A stretch of DNA of 64,000 bases from an uncultured Candidatus Peribacteria bacterium (GCA_964356195.1 CAYHGP010000001.1:43513-107512); one strand, 5' to 3'. Shown: positions 51,441 through 61,099, counted from the first letter of the stretch. A program made the numbers and translations. Notes: generated from the letters alone by a model not told the origin.

Positions 51441-54188
51441 ATGAAAAAACTCATGTTTCTTGTTCTCGTTTTACCTCTTTTGCTAGCGCCTTTTTCGGGT
51501 GCCGCCTCGGCCTTTACGATGACTGGAGATACGCCCTACGTTGAAGGAGGAGATGGATTTATGTCCGGAGATGATTGTGGGTTTGTGATGGGAACGGCAA
51601 GTTCTTATTCCAGTCTTCGGGGTTCCACTACAGTGGCTTTTACGTCCGTGGAACCTGATCGAGATCAAGGGTGTATTGATGCAAGTGGTTACGCTTACTC
51701 GTCTTCGTCCCGCGAATCCTACGCTAATTTTACGGCGGGAACGCCCATTTCCACTACGGTCACCATGGACATGGATTGGAGTACTACCGCTGCTAATAAT
51801 GTTGTGGTGGACCAAAGCACGGGGTACTGGGGTGGCTACGCTAGAATTTTGGATTCAAGCATTACTCCCGCCTCCTCCCGTCTCGTGTCGTTTGATTGGA
51901 CCTGTGCCCCGAGCAGCTCTTGCTATGGGCTCGATACCGGGAAATACCATGTGACTACCAATCTCAGTACCGGTGCCGTTACGGGTTACGCTTGGAGCGA
52001 TTACTATGGCTTCATTTCTTTCAACAGTTTGACGGAGGAATTGGCGCCTCGACAAATTGAGACGGTCATTACTATTTTGGACTCGGATGGTAACGAGCCC
52101 GATACGGTGGACTACACCAATGCACCTTTAGCCGACGGCTATGATTACTGGCGTGTCCGTGTTCAATTTTTCAATCGTGTGACCGGCCTGCCTTTGCCGG
52201 AAAGTGACATCACCAGTTTGTACCTCGATGTAGCTCAGACCGCCGACACCAATGTTTTCTTGAACCAAGTGGAGAAGGATGGGGATGCTATTGATGAGAC
52301 TCCGGAAAATGTCTACCTTGGGTGTACGGGTGTAACCGATTATTGTTTGCAAACGGAGGACGATGGATCGGACAGTTTCAATACTTATATTTTCTCGGGC
52401 TCACCCACGTCGAATGTGTTGGCGGACTATTCGGATACTCCAGGCGTGTTTTATTCCGACCGTGACGGATGCCGATGGATTTATGAAGATCAGTGGAGTG
52501 AAGTGGATGGAAGGGGGGCTCAACCTAAGTGTGAGCTTGGGACTGGCTCTTATATGGTCAAGGCCGACTATTTCTACGCACGTCAAGATGCCTTCAATAA
52601 GTATGAAATCGACTACATCACGCTTCGTGTGAGCTTCGCCGACACCTCTACCTCCGGACCTCAAGATTTGGAAATGTATACCTGGGATGACAGTGCGACC
52701 GGAGGGTCTGCATTTTCCGCCGGTAGTTCAGCCTCCGGTACTTACTATGGGTATTGGCCCGCTTCCGGCTTTACCGACTTGAGTTTCCGTCCTCGCTACC
52801 AAATCACCAAGTTTGTGGGCTACTACGATGAGGGAGAACACACAGATATCACGGAGGACCCTGTTAAGGTGATGAGCTTACGAACGGAGGCGACTCTTTA
52901 CGATACTTCGGAAGAATACCAAGGAACTTATGGTGGGAACGATCGACCCGGGTTTACGGTGACCTACCAGTTGGATGCTGAAACGACCGGTGATGCCGGA
53001 GCCACCACGAATACTTACTTGCTCATAGATACTGATACTCCTCCCAATGATCCTAGTTCCCAGGACGTTGAGGAGACTCACCGTGAAAACTCCATAGCCA
53101 CGGATTACACCAACACCACTTACTCCAGAGACTATGCCATGGGGTACGGGCAAAAAGCTTCTTACCTGGCTACGTGTGGAGGTTTAGTGTCCTGTGTCAC
53201 TCCGACCAACGTTTTGAGTTCTCCCACCGCGGAGCAGTGGGTGTGTGATGCTGCCGGCGATAAACGCAACAACGATGATTCCTGTTACTACACCGACTAC
53301 CTTCCTCGTGTTGATCGCCATGTAGAGCCTCAAGACATGCTTGTGATTGGAGCCATCAACTCCGTGATTGACGCTACCGATCTTTTGGACGAAAACTACG
53401 TCTCTGCCTTGGGTACTGGAAGCCTCAACTCACGCAATTTAATGTATGCACAGTTGGCGCGCTATACTTTGGGTCAAACGGCGGGGTCGGGCACTTTGGA
53501 TTCCGATATGGAGCCCACGGGAGATATTATTTCTCTTATGAACGGCCGACTTTTGTTTGCGGAGGGAGATGTGACGATTGATGGATCTTCTGCGTTCAGC
53601 AACAAAACTTTGGCGGTGAAGGGGGGTGATGTGTTTATTGATGGTGATATCACCGGTGGACAGCTGGGAATCTTTGTGGTGAAGAGCGGAGGCGTCGGAG
53701 GAGATGTTCACCTCGCGCCTTCGGTAAACAACGTTCATGCCAATATCTTTATTGACGGCAGTTTGTTCAGCTACGACGGAGTTTCTGCTCCTACCGGAGA
53801 CTATCCCACTTGGTATAATGCCGGAGTGCGCCTGGAAACGCTCTTGAATCAGTTCTACTTGAATGGATCTTTTGTCGGACGCAATGGTGTGAATACCGCA
53901 GATGATGACACTCTAAGCTCTTGGGACAAAGGGGACGGAACAACAACCACGGTTTATGAAGAAGCACAGGAACATGACCTCAACTTCTTGCGTCAGTACC
54001 GTCGTTGCTATGAACTGGAGACGGATGGAACTTTAAGTACCACCGAGATGGACTGTGGTGAAGGAGAAGTGCTGTCGGAGTATCGCGATGAAACCACGGG
54101 GCTTCCGGTCTATAATTCCTTCATTCTTGAATTCAGCCCGACAAGTGACTTACCGCTCTTCAATATGGAGTCCGGACTGTTCCGCTAG
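51441..54188 (+). CDS. Large secreted hypothetical protein (915 aa)
   Basis: Sec signal MKKLMFLVLVLPLLLAPFSGAASA. Thr/Ser/Asp/Gly/Tyr-rich composition with no hydrophobic anchor. Two related aromatic motifs (GYWGGYARILDSS, GYAWSDYYGFISFNS). Confidence 0.55.
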   Translation: MKKLMFLVLVLPLLLAPFSGAASAFTMTGDTPYVEGGDGFMSGDDCGFVMGTASSYSSLRGSTTVAFTSVEPDRDQGCIDASGYAYSSSSRESYANFTAGTPISTTVTMDMDWSTTAANNVVVDQSTGYWGGYARILDSSITPASSRLVSFDWTCAPSSSCYGLDTGKYHVTTNLSTGAVTGYAWSDYYGFISFNSLTEELAPRQIETVITILDSDGNEPDTVDYTNAPLADGYDYWRVRVQFFNRVTGLPLPESDITSLYLDVAQTADTNVFLNQVEKDGDAIDETPENVYLGCTGVTDYCLQTEDDGSDSFNTYIFSGSPTSNVLADYSDTPGVFYSDRDGCRWIYEDQWSEVDGRGAQPKCELGTGSYMVKADYFYARQDAFNKYEIDYITLRVSFADTSTSGPQDLEMYTWDDSATGGSAFSAGSSASGTYYGYWPASGFTDLSFRPRYQITKFVGYYDEGEHTDITEDPVKVMSLRTEATLYDTSEEYQGTYGGNDRPGFTVTYQLDAETTGDAGATTNTYLLIDTDTPPNDPSSQDVEETHRENSIATDYTNTTYSRDYAMGYGQKASYLATCGGLVSCVTPTNVLSSPTAEQWVCDAAGDKRNNDDSCYYTDYLPRVDRHVEPQDMLVIGAINSVIDATDLLDENYVSALGTGSLNSRNLMYAQLARYTLGQTAGSGTLDSDMEPTGDIISLMNGRLLFAEGDVTIDGSSAFSNKTLAVKGGDVFIDGDITGGQLGIFVVKSGGVGGDVHLAPSVNNVHANIFIDGSLFSYDGVSAPTGDYPTWYNAGVRLETLLNQFYLNGSFVGRNGVNTADDDTLSSWDKGDGTTTTVYEEAQEHDLNFLRQYRRCYELETDGTLSTTEMDCGEGEVLSEYRDETTGLPVYNSFILEFSPTSDLPLFNMESGLFR

Positions 54189-54385
54189 TTGAAAAGAATG
54201 AGCCCGTAGGCTACATAGCACAATACGAAAAGAAAGGTGCTCATGCCGACGAAGAAAACTGTTAAATACACGGTTCGTTTGCTGAGGTAGCGGAAACGCG
54301 CGGCGTGGCGAACCGTGATGCTGGCGTAAAATAAATACACGAGGGTGAATACGCCGAGAATGATTCCAATGATGAGAGGGAGCAT
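54185..54385 (-). CDS. Small two-TM membrane protein
   Basis: ATG at 54383-54385 (MLPLIIGIILGVF...), 4 nt after the PMM/PGM stop. Two hydrophobic helices. Confidence 0.4.
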   Translation of the reverse strand: MLPLIIGIILGVFTLVYLFYASITVRHAARFRYLSKRTVYLTVFFVGMSTFLFVLCYVAYGLILFN

Positions 54386-54389
54386 GGCT

Positions 54390-55805
54390 CTATTTAAACT
54401 CAGTTGCCCACCAAACGTCAATTTCCGGGTACTTTTCAAGCTCCTCAAGCATGAGTTTTACAATTTCTTTGAGCCGTGTTTCGTTGAGGGCTTCAAAGCG
54501 CAGAGTGAGGTTGGGGGAGGTGTTGCTGCAGCGCACGGCGCCCCAAGAATTGGCGTCGAAATTCACGCGCACGCCGTCGAGAGTGATGCAGTCGTATTTT
54601 TTTGACATATCCTCGGTGATTTGTTTAACAATGGCGAATTTTTTGTCGTCGGGGCAGGGGGATTTGAATTCGGGGGTGGCCACGGTGACAGGAAGTCCTT
54701 TGAAGAGCTGTGAAAAGCCTTCGGTGCTTTCGGAGAGAATTTGGAGAAGTTTTGCGGCCCCGAGGAAGGCGTCGTCGAAGCCGTAATAATTTTCGCCAAA
54801 AAAGAGGTGTCCGCTTATTTCTCCGCCGAGGGGTGAGCCGAGATCCTGCATTTGTTTTTCAATGAAGGAGTGGCCGGTTTTGGTCATCACGGGTTCTCCG
54901 CCGTGCGCTTTGATGTCGTCGATGAGGACCTGTGAAACTTTGACGTCGAAGACAATTTTGGAGCCCGGCATTCGTTTGAGAAGGTCGCGGGCGACAAGCA
55001 GTAGGAGCAGGTCTGCGGCGTAGTGTTTGCCGTTTTCGTCGACAACGCCCACGCGGTCCCCATCGCCGTCAAAACCAATTCCGAGGTCCGCTTTTTCTTC
55101 TTTTACTTTTGCAATGAGGCTCAACATATTTTCCAGTTCTTCGGGGTTCGCTTCATGATTCGGAAAGTTTCCATCGGGTTCCGTGAACAGCGGCGTCACT
55201 GTGCAACCCAGGGCTTCCAAAAAAGGTTTAACAAAAGGTCCGGTGGCTCCGTTTCCACTGTCCACCACCACTTTGAGTGGGCGCTTCAATCGGACAATTG
55301 AGGTGAGTTTTTCGAGGTAGGCCGGAAAGGCATCGAGCTTTTCGAGTTTACCCATGGGTTTTTCTTCAATGCCGCCGGCCTCAATAATCTTTAAAACTTC
55401 TTGGAGTTCATCTCCGCAAATAGAGTGCGCCGCTTTGCCCACGAGCTTTACGCCATTGTATTCCTTGGGGTTGTGGCTTGCGGTAATGGACGCGCCGCCG
55501 TCGAAACCGAACTTGCAGACGGCAAAGTAGAGCAGGGGTGTAAAAACCATGCCAATGACGGTGACGTCGCAACCGGTGCTGCGGAGGCCGTCAATAAAGG
55601 CATCGGAGAGCTCCGGGTTGCTGATGCGGCAGTCGTAGGCCACTACAATGTTTTTCCCGAAATGTTTTTGAAAATACACGCCCGAGCCCTGACCGATTTG
55701 GCGGATGGTTTCAGGAGTGAGATCCGGCGTGGTGCTCACGGGCTTGTGTGCAATTCCACGAATATCGTAGGCGCGGAAGATGTTTGCAGGGGGGAGGTTT
55801 GCCAT
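54390..55805 (-). CDS. Phosphomannomutase/phosphoglucomutase (alpha-D-phosphohexomutase)
   Basis: Active-site TASHNPKEYNGVK, metal loop GFDGDGDR, and GGEISGH. Confidence 0.9.
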   Translation of the reverse strand: MANLPPANIFRAYDIRGIAHKPVSTTPDLTPETIRQIGQGSGVYFQKHFGKNIVVAYDCRISNPELSDAFIDGLRSTGCDVTVIGMVFTPLLYFAVCKFGFDGGASITASHNPKEYNGVKLVGKAAHSICGDELQEVLKIIEAGGIEEKPMGKLEKLDAFPAYLEKLTSIVRLKRPLKVVVDSGNGATGPFVKPFLEALGCTVTPLFTEPDGNFPNHEANPEELENMLSLIAKVKEEKADLGIGFDGDGDRVGVVDENGKHYAADLLLLLVARDLLKRMPGSKIVFDVKVSQVLIDDIKAHGGEPVMTKTGHSFIEKQMQDLGSPLGGEISGHLFFGENYYGFDDAFLGAAKLLQILSESTEGFSQLFKGLPVTVATPEFKSPCPDDKKFAIVKQITEDMSKKYDCITLDGVRVNFDANSWGAVRCSNTSPNLTLRFEALNETRLKEIVKLMLEELEKYPEIDVWWATEFK

Positions 55806-55880
55806 AGCTGCCGCGATTCTACCAGAACCTCCTGGAAAAATCTTTCAAAAAATGGTATAATCATGAGATTAAAATAGCTT

Positions 55881-57230
55881 ATGGGCGCAAAAATGAGTCC
55901 CGGGTTCCTCACTGAAGACGATGTTGCTGCTCCAACAGCTGTGCCTGTGGAGGCTGCTAAACCTGTGGAAGTGGATGCAGAAGCGTCTGCCGCAGCGCTG
56001 GCTGCTGCTCACAAAGCTGCAGAAACGAAAGAAACGAAAGTGGGTACGGTTGAAGCGACGTCTGAGTTACAACGCGATCTTGTTAGTGCAGATGTAGAGG
56101 CCGGATTAGGGGTAGAAGCTCCGCCGACAGAGGAAGATGCTCAAAAATCTCCTTATCAAGCCGGTATGGAAGCCCTTGTGTTTGAATTTAAGATTGAAGA
56201 TACCGGGGATCCCGCAGAAAACTTTGTAAAAGCCCTAGAGGCCTTGGCTAAAAAACTAGAACCTGAGTTGAAGATTCCGGTTCCTGTAATGGTGGCTATG
56301 GCAGGCATGGAGTCCTCTTATAGCGACGAAACGGGTCCGGTTAATCCTGAAGCATTCTTGAGAAATTTTGCGATTGTTATTGCAAAGCCTGAATATGCAG
56401 AGGCGCTTAAGCATAAGGATGATCCGAGAGCCTTTTTGACGGCTCTGGTGGAGGCTGGGTATGCAGGGCTAATGGATACTCCTGAAAAAGTGAAGGCTTA
56501 TGTGGATGCTGCCGAGGCAAGTATTAAACCGTATGGACTCGACTTTGGGAACCTTACCGTTCCTGAAGCACCAAAATCGTGGTGGGCAAGTATCATCGCC
56601 GGACTTGGTTCCACAAAGGATGGAGTTTTCGCTTTTCTCAAAACGATAAAAGATACTGTTTTTGGATGGTTTGGATGGGGAAAGAAAAAAACAGAAGATG
56701 CGGCTCAAGCGGTGGGTGAAGTGGCTGGAGCAGCGGTGGCGAAGGCGAAAGAAAAAATCTATGAACTTTTGGATATGATTGACCCGGATGCTCCTCTTTT
56801 TACCTTCCCTAAAGGGGTTACCCCTCAGGTCACTTCGGACCGAGGCATGCGCACTTTGGATGGCGTCACTCGTCCTCATGAAGGTGTGGACATTGGAGGT
56901 CTGCCTGAGGGGACGCCTATTATTGCCACGAAAGGTCTTGTGGGGGCAACTATCGATCATAAGGGTTTTGATGCCGATGGAGCCGGAAACTTGGTGGACA
57001 TTCGTTTGAAGAATGGAGATATGGGAAAGTGGTTCCATTTGCAAGTGGCCAGCACTCTTGAAGAACCGATCCAAGAAGGAAGTGTTATTGGTTACGTGGG
57101 ACATACGGGGCATTCTAAAGGGGACCATCTTCACTTTGAACTTTGGAAAAATGGCGAGAATACGAATCCCGATTCGCAGCTTTCACAAAATTTCCGCGGT
57201 CATGGAGGACCTGAAGGTCAGATTGCCTAG
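55881..57230 (+). CDS. M23/LytM-family peptidoglycan metalloendopeptidase with a long N-terminal region
   Basis: The C-terminus carries HEGVDIGG and GHTGHSKGDHLHFELW (the HxxxD and HxH zinc motifs of M23). Confidence 0.8.
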   Translation: MGAKMSPGFLTEDDVAAPTAVPVEAAKPVEVDAEASAAALAAAHKAAETKETKVGTVEATSELQRDLVSADVEAGLGVEAPPTEEDAQKSPYQAGMEALVFEFKIEDTGDPAENFVKALEALAKKLEPELKIPVPVMVAMAGMESSYSDETGPVNPEAFLRNFAIVIAKPEYAEALKHKDDPRAFLTALVEAGYAGLMDTPEKVKAYVDAAEASIKPYGLDFGNLTVPEAPKSWWASIIAGLGSTKDGVFAFLKTIKDTVFGWFGWGKKKTEDAAQAVGEVAGAAVAKAKEKIYELLDMIDPDAPLFTFPKGVTPQVTSDRGMRTLDGVTRPHEGVDIGGLPEGTPIIATKGLVGATIDHKGFDADGAGNLVDIRLKNGDMGKWFHLQVASTLEEPIQEGSVIGYVGHTGHSKGDHLHFELWKNGENTNPDSQLSQNFRGHGGPEGQIA

Positions 57231-58024
57231 CTTAAACTCTCCGCTTCCGCTTTCTGGGCTTTTTTAATAGATTCGGTGACACGGCCTACGTGAACCACGG
57301 GAATTTTTGTGGAGCTTTCATGAACGAGGCGCACGAGCTTGTGAATAAGAAGAGCGTCCATTCCTTTCTCAATCATGGTGTCGGGGTCCACTTTGTCTTC
57401 CAATTGACGAAGGATGTCGTCGATTTTAGTCCAAGGGGCGCCTAGGTCTTCCTCGTCAGTTTGTTTGAACTTGAGATTGCGGGAGAAAGGAGCGTCCAGA
57501 AGTTCTGCGGGAAGGCCGATGGTGCGGGCGAGTTCCACGACGTCGGTTTTGTAAAGATCACCGAGGACGTGGAGGCTGCCGATGAAGGCACCGTTGATCT
57601 GGCCCAGGCCGAGTTGTAAATCACTCTTGTTCGCAGTGCCCAGAATGATACTGTTGGTGGCTTCGGAGCAGTGTTCCAGCACAAGGGCGCGCATTTTTGC
57701 TTTCAAATTTTCGTTGGCGGCTTCGGTTTGAGTCCAGGGGACGAAATGAAAATCCACTAAGAAATTATTGATGGGCTGGTACTGTACTTCACAGTCAAAA
57801 TATTCGGCGAGCATTTTGGCGCGTTCGATGTCTTCATAAGGAGTCAGGCCCATCTCTGGCATCACGACGGCGGTCACATTCTTGGCTCCGAAAGCACGAA
57901 CGGCAATGCACAGCACCACGGCGCTATCGAGGCCGCCGGAAAGTCCTACAACGGCACGGTCCGCTTGGCGGGCTTTTGCAAAACTGTGAAGTTCCTGAAT
58001 GAGCGTTGAATAAATGATATGCAT
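57227..58024 (-). CDS. nadE: NH3-dependent NAD+ synthetase
   Basis: PP-loop GLSGGLDSAVV. 266 aa counting from ATG 58024. The longer track ORF, which reaches 58183, overlaps smpB. Confidence 0.85.
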   Translation of the reverse strand: MHIIYSTLIQELHSFAKARQADRAVVGLSGGLDSAVVLCIAVRAFGAKNVTAVVMPEMGLTPYEDIERAKMLAEYFDCEVQYQPINNFLVDFHFVPWTQTEAANENLKAKMRALVLEHCSEATNSIILGTANKSDLQLGLGQINGAFIGSLHVLGDLYKTDVVELARTIGLPAELLDAPFSRNLKFKQTDEEDLGAPWTKIDDILRQLEDKVDPDTMIEKGMDALLIHKLVRLVHESSTKIPVVHVGRVTESIKKAQKAEAESLS

Positions 58025-58046
58025 GGTGTGAAGGGAAAAGGGGAAA

Positions 58047-58493
58047 TCAGTAGTCCTTGAGTGCGCTTTGGATTCGGCGGGCGGAGTCCTTTTTGCGAAG
58101 GTCTTCGCGTTTGTCGTACAGCTTCTTTCCTCGGGCGAGGGCAAACTCGATTTTGATTCTGCCGTTTTCCTGGCCGCATTCAAGCGGAATCACAGTAACA
58201 CCCGCGGTATTTAGCGCACTAGTGATTTTTAGAATTTCCGCTTTGCGCACAAGGAGTTTTCGTGGTCTTTCGGGCTCATAGTGGTCTACCGTGGCTTTTC
58301 TATAAAGAGGGATATGGAAATGATCCAAATAGAGTTCTCCGCCACGCGAAGCGATAAAAGCGCCTGTGAAATGGCCGCCTTCGAATTTTAGGGCTTTTAC
58401 TTCATGCCCCAAAAGGACAATACCGGCCGTAAAGCGCTCCAGGATCTCATAATCGTGAAAGGCCTTTTTGTTTTTAACGAGTGTTTTTTGCAT
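58047..58493 (-). CDS. smpB: SsrA-binding protein
   Basis: KKAFHDYEILERFTAGIVLLGHEVKALK, and the C-terminal tail KKLYDKREDLRKKD. ATG at 58493. Confidence 0.93.
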   Translation of the reverse strand: MQKTLVKNKKAFHDYEILERFTAGIVLLGHEVKALKFEGGHFTGAFIASRGGELYLDHFHIPLYRKATVDHYEPERPRKLLVRKAEILKITSALNTAGVTVIPLECGQENGRIKIEFALARGKKLYDKREDLRKKDSARRIQSALKDY

Positions 58494-58619
58494 GGTTACA
58501 GCATAGAAGACTATTATAAAAGCCGTCAATTTTAAGTTTTTAGCAATGCCAATCTGTTTACAGGTTTATGAAACCCGACTAGGCTGATTGCAGCTTTTTA
58601 TTCTTTAATTATTTTGCTT

Positions 58620-58802
58620 ATGAAAAGCTTCATGAAAATGTCTCTCGCAAGTTTTGGTATCCTCGCTCTCATGCTCGCAGGATGCAGCACCGCTACTGAT
58701 ACTGATGTAGATGGTGATGTAGACGTAGATGCTGTTCCAACCGTTGATACGACGGACACAGCACCAACCGTTGATACAACGACCGACACCCCTTCTGAGT
58801 AA
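58620..58802 (+). CDS. Small acidic lipoprotein
   Basis: MKSFMKMSLASFGILALMLAGCS lipobox, then a D/T/V-rich tail with a repeated PTVDTT unit. Confidence 0.5.
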   Translation: MKSFMKMSLASFGILALMLAGCSTATDTDVDGDVDVDAVPTVDTTDTAPTVDTTTDTPSE

Positions 58803-58835
58803 TCTTCCCTCAAATCTTTAAGTTCGCTTAGAGTC

Positions 58836-58862
58836 TAAAAAGCCGCCGCAAGGCGGTTTTTT
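58836..58862. terminator. Bidirectional rho-independent terminator
   Basis: AAAAAG-CCGCC-GCAA-GGCGG-TTTTTT between convergent genes. Confidence 0.65.
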
Positions 58863-59262
58863 AGTGCTTCTTGACGAGGATCGAGCCTGCCGTCACGATT
58901 CCTTTATCGAAGGTCGCAAGAGTTAGACCGCGGTCTTTTGCAAGGACGAGTAAGCTTGCATCGACGAAAGAGATTTTTTCCTTTTGCTCTGAAAAAAGAG
59001 CAATGGTTTGAGCCAGTTCGTCAACTGTAAGTTTTAGGATTTCAATCTCTTTGTTGAAAACCATGGAGTGGAGAGCTTTAGTGGCTTCCAGGTGGCCCTC
59101 TTTTATTTGCAAGACGGTGCTTGCCTCAAGGAGGACATAGTCCGTTATCGCCAAGTTTTTTTGAGATTCAATCCACTTGAGAGCTTGTTCATGGAAACGA
59201 TCTTCTTTGCGGAAATAGGCCACAAACACGCTTGAATCAATCAAGAATTTTTTAGAGTCCAT
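58861..59262 (-). CDS. vapC: PIN-domain toxin (VapC-like)
   Basis: FLIDSSVFVAYF (first Asp), LLEAS, FVDASLLVLA, and TFD near the C-terminus. Confidence 0.75.
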   Translation of the reverse strand: MDSKKFLIDSSVFVAYFRKEDRFHEQALKWIESQKNLAITDYVLLEASTVLQIKEGHLEATKALHSMVFNKEIEILKLTVDELAQTIALFSEQKEKISFVDASLLVLAKDRGLTLATFDKGIVTAGSILVKKH

Positions 59263-59509
59263 ACACTATTTCATCAATTTTTCCGGCCAGGTTTTTTTCT
59301 TCGGGACACTTGCTCTTTTTAATGATGGCTTTTCGTAAGTCTTTTATGGAATAAGCCTTCTTTCCAAAGCTCTCCTTCGCGCCGATGGGTCGTAAAATTA
59401 AAACGTCTCCCTCTCCACGCTCACAAGTGAAATGCTTAGTTTTCAGATGTTTGCGGATTTTTTTCGGAATTGTAATTTGTCCGCTCGTGGTGATCTGGAA
59501 AATTTCCAT
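59252..59509 (-). CDS. vapB: AbrB/SpoVT-family antitoxin
   Basis: TTSGQITIPKKIRKHL is a swapped-hairpin AbrB-type motif. It overlaps the PIN gene by 11 nt. Confidence 0.65.
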   Translation of the reverse strand: MEIFQITTSGQITIPKKIRKHLKTKHFTCERGEGDVLILRPIGAKESFGKKAYSIKDLRKAIIKKSKCPEEKNLAGKIDEIVYGL

Positions 59510-59608
59510 AAATATTAAATTAATAACTTATTAAAAGTTTACGCTTGTGACGAGGACCCGTCAACAATTGGTCTTGTTGGTCATCGTGTCGACGTTTAAT
59601 ATGTCCTT

Positions 59609-59920
59609 ATGCGAAAACTCATCATTAGCTCCGTCCTTTTACTTCAGGCGTGTAGTGCCACCGGTTTTCAAACTCGTTGTTACGAAGTTGTGGGAGATCC
59701 GGATGGGACACGCTTGATTCTTGAAGAAAATCCTTCACAGCCGAAGCTCACCGTTACGGATCCTGTTGGGGGAGAGGATGTTGAAGGATTTGGCACCTTG
59801 GAAGATGGGGTTTTTGTGTTTCCGGATGGGACACGGCTCAACTACAATGATGAAAAAGCGTGGTACACCAATAGCGACTTTGTGGCCGGAATAGAGGCCA
59901 CGGCGGTTACTTGCGAGTAA
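59609..59920 (+). CDS. Hypothetical small lipoprotein
   Basis: MRKLIISSVLLLQAC lipobox. 103 aa. Confidence 0.45.
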   Translation: MRKLIISSVLLLQACSATGFQTRCYEVVGDPDGTRLILEENPSQPKLTVTDPVGGEDVEGFGTLEDGVFVFPDGTRLNYNDEKAWYTNSDFVAGIEATAVTCE

Positions 59921-59922
59921 GA

Positions 59923-60012
59923 TGGCGGAGGGGGGGGGATTCGAACTCCCGAAACCCTTTCGAGTTTGCACCCTTTCCAAGGGTGTGCACTAGGCCACTA
60001 TGCGACCCCTCC
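59923..60012 (-). tRNA. tRNA-Ser (anticodon GGA), CCA encoded
   Basis: The reverse complement is GGAGGGG-T-CGCATAGTGGCCTAGTGCA-C-ACCC-TTGGAAA-GGGT..., with a long variable arm, T-loop TTCGAAT, CCCCTCC-G-CCA, and a 7-bp acceptor stem. Confidence 0.9.
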
Positions 60013-60092
60013 GTTTGTTTGTAGCCTGGATGTTTTAGCGGAAATGAGCTTGAGACGCAACTCTTTCAACCTTACTGCCGGAATCCGGGCCC

Positions 60093-60125
60093 AAAAAAAG
60101 CCCCGTTTTGTGAGGAGCTTTTTTT
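60093..60125. terminator. Terminator-like hairpin downstream of rpmB
   Basis: An A-run, then AAAGCCCC (60097-60104) / GGAGCTTT (60114-60121) with one mismatch, then a T-run. Confidence 0.4.
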
Positions 60126-60158
60126 GGTTGCTTATTCTGAACGCACCGACACTATATT

Positions 60159-60410
60159 TTATTTTGATTTTTTTCTCAAGTCTTTTTTTGCGTAGGTATT
60201 AATCTGTTTGTCGAATTTTTTAGGATTTTTTGCGAGTGTGCGAAGTGCACGAGCAGTGACATAAAGAGTTATCTTTCGTCCCGTTTTTTCATCCACAAAA
60301 CTCTTTTTCACTAAATTGGGGATAAAGCGTCGTCGGCTTTTACGATTCGAGTGGGAAACCTTGTTTCCACTTGAGGGGCGAGCACCGGTAAGTTGGCAAA
60401 CATTTGACAT
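60159..60410 (-). CDS. rpmB: 50S ribosomal protein L28
   Basis: MSNVCQLTGARPSSGNKVSHSNRKSRRRFIPNL is a canonical L28 N-terminus. Confidence 0.92.
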   Translation of the reverse strand: MSNVCQLTGARPSSGNKVSHSNRKSRRRFIPNLVKKSFVDEKTGRKITLYVTARALRTLAKNPKKFDKQINTYAKKDLRKKSK

Positions 60411-60475
60411 AGCTGGGGCATTTTAAGTGACAAAAACCGATTTGGCAAGCGCTTTTTTCCTGTTAGACTACACTC

Positions 60476-61099
60476 ATGTTTCTTTCGATCACTTATCTCC
60501 TCGCTCTCGTCCTTATTCTGACCGTGCATGAGTGCAGTCACGCATGGGTGGCGAACCGTTTAGGCGATCCCACAGCGCATAGAGCCGGACGCCTTACTTT
60601 AAATCCGCTCGCACATTTGGATCTTTTAGGGACTTTGATGCTTTTTTTTGTGGGCATCGGGTGGGGAAAGCCGGTTCCGGTGAATCCAAGAAACTTTGAA
60701 CATCCTGTTCGTGACGAGGCTTTAACGGCTTTTGCAGGGCCCTTGGCAAATCTGCTCTTGGCGATTGTGGCTGCGGTTCCTTATACGTATCTTCCGGCGG
60801 AAGGCTTTTCCTGGCTCGTGAACTTCAGCGGAGCGGTGCTGGATTTGAGCCTGGTGCTTTTTCTTTTTAATATGTTGCCCTTTCCACCTTTAGACGGATC
60901 CAAGTTCATTCGTCTTCTGGTTCCACACCGCCTTCAGCCCTCCTATGAAAACTTTATGCGTAAGGGAATGCCCTATTTCATCGTCTTATTGGTTATGGAT
61001 CTTTACCTTTTTGAAAAATATCTTGGATTCTCGTTCGTGTGGACAGCCGTTTCCACTGCGACATTTTGGCTCAAGGCGGCTATACTTTTAATAATTTAA
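60476..61099 (+). CDS. Site-2 protease family (M50) membrane metalloprotease, short form
   Basis: HECSHAWVA (HExxH inside TM1), NPLAHLD, and FNMLPFPPLDGSK (the NxxPxxxLDG motif). Confidence 0.85.
   Translation: MFLSITYLLALVLILTVHECSHAWVANRLGDPTAHRAGRLTLNPLAHLDLLGTLMLFFVGIGWGKPVPVNPRNFEHPVRDEALTAFAGPLANLLLAIVAAVPYTYLPAEGFSWLVNFSGAVLDLSLVLFLFNMLPFPPLDGSKFIRLLVPHRLQPSYENFMRKGMPYFIVLLVMDLYLFEKYLGFSFVWTAVSTATFWLKAAILLII

Noticed and set aside
58861-60012. Genomic island integrated at tRNA-Ser (a toxin-antitoxin pair and a lipoprotein next to the tRNA).
   Set aside because: There is no integrase, and I could not find a direct repeat of the tRNA 3' end. The flanking genes (smpB, rpmB) are core genes.
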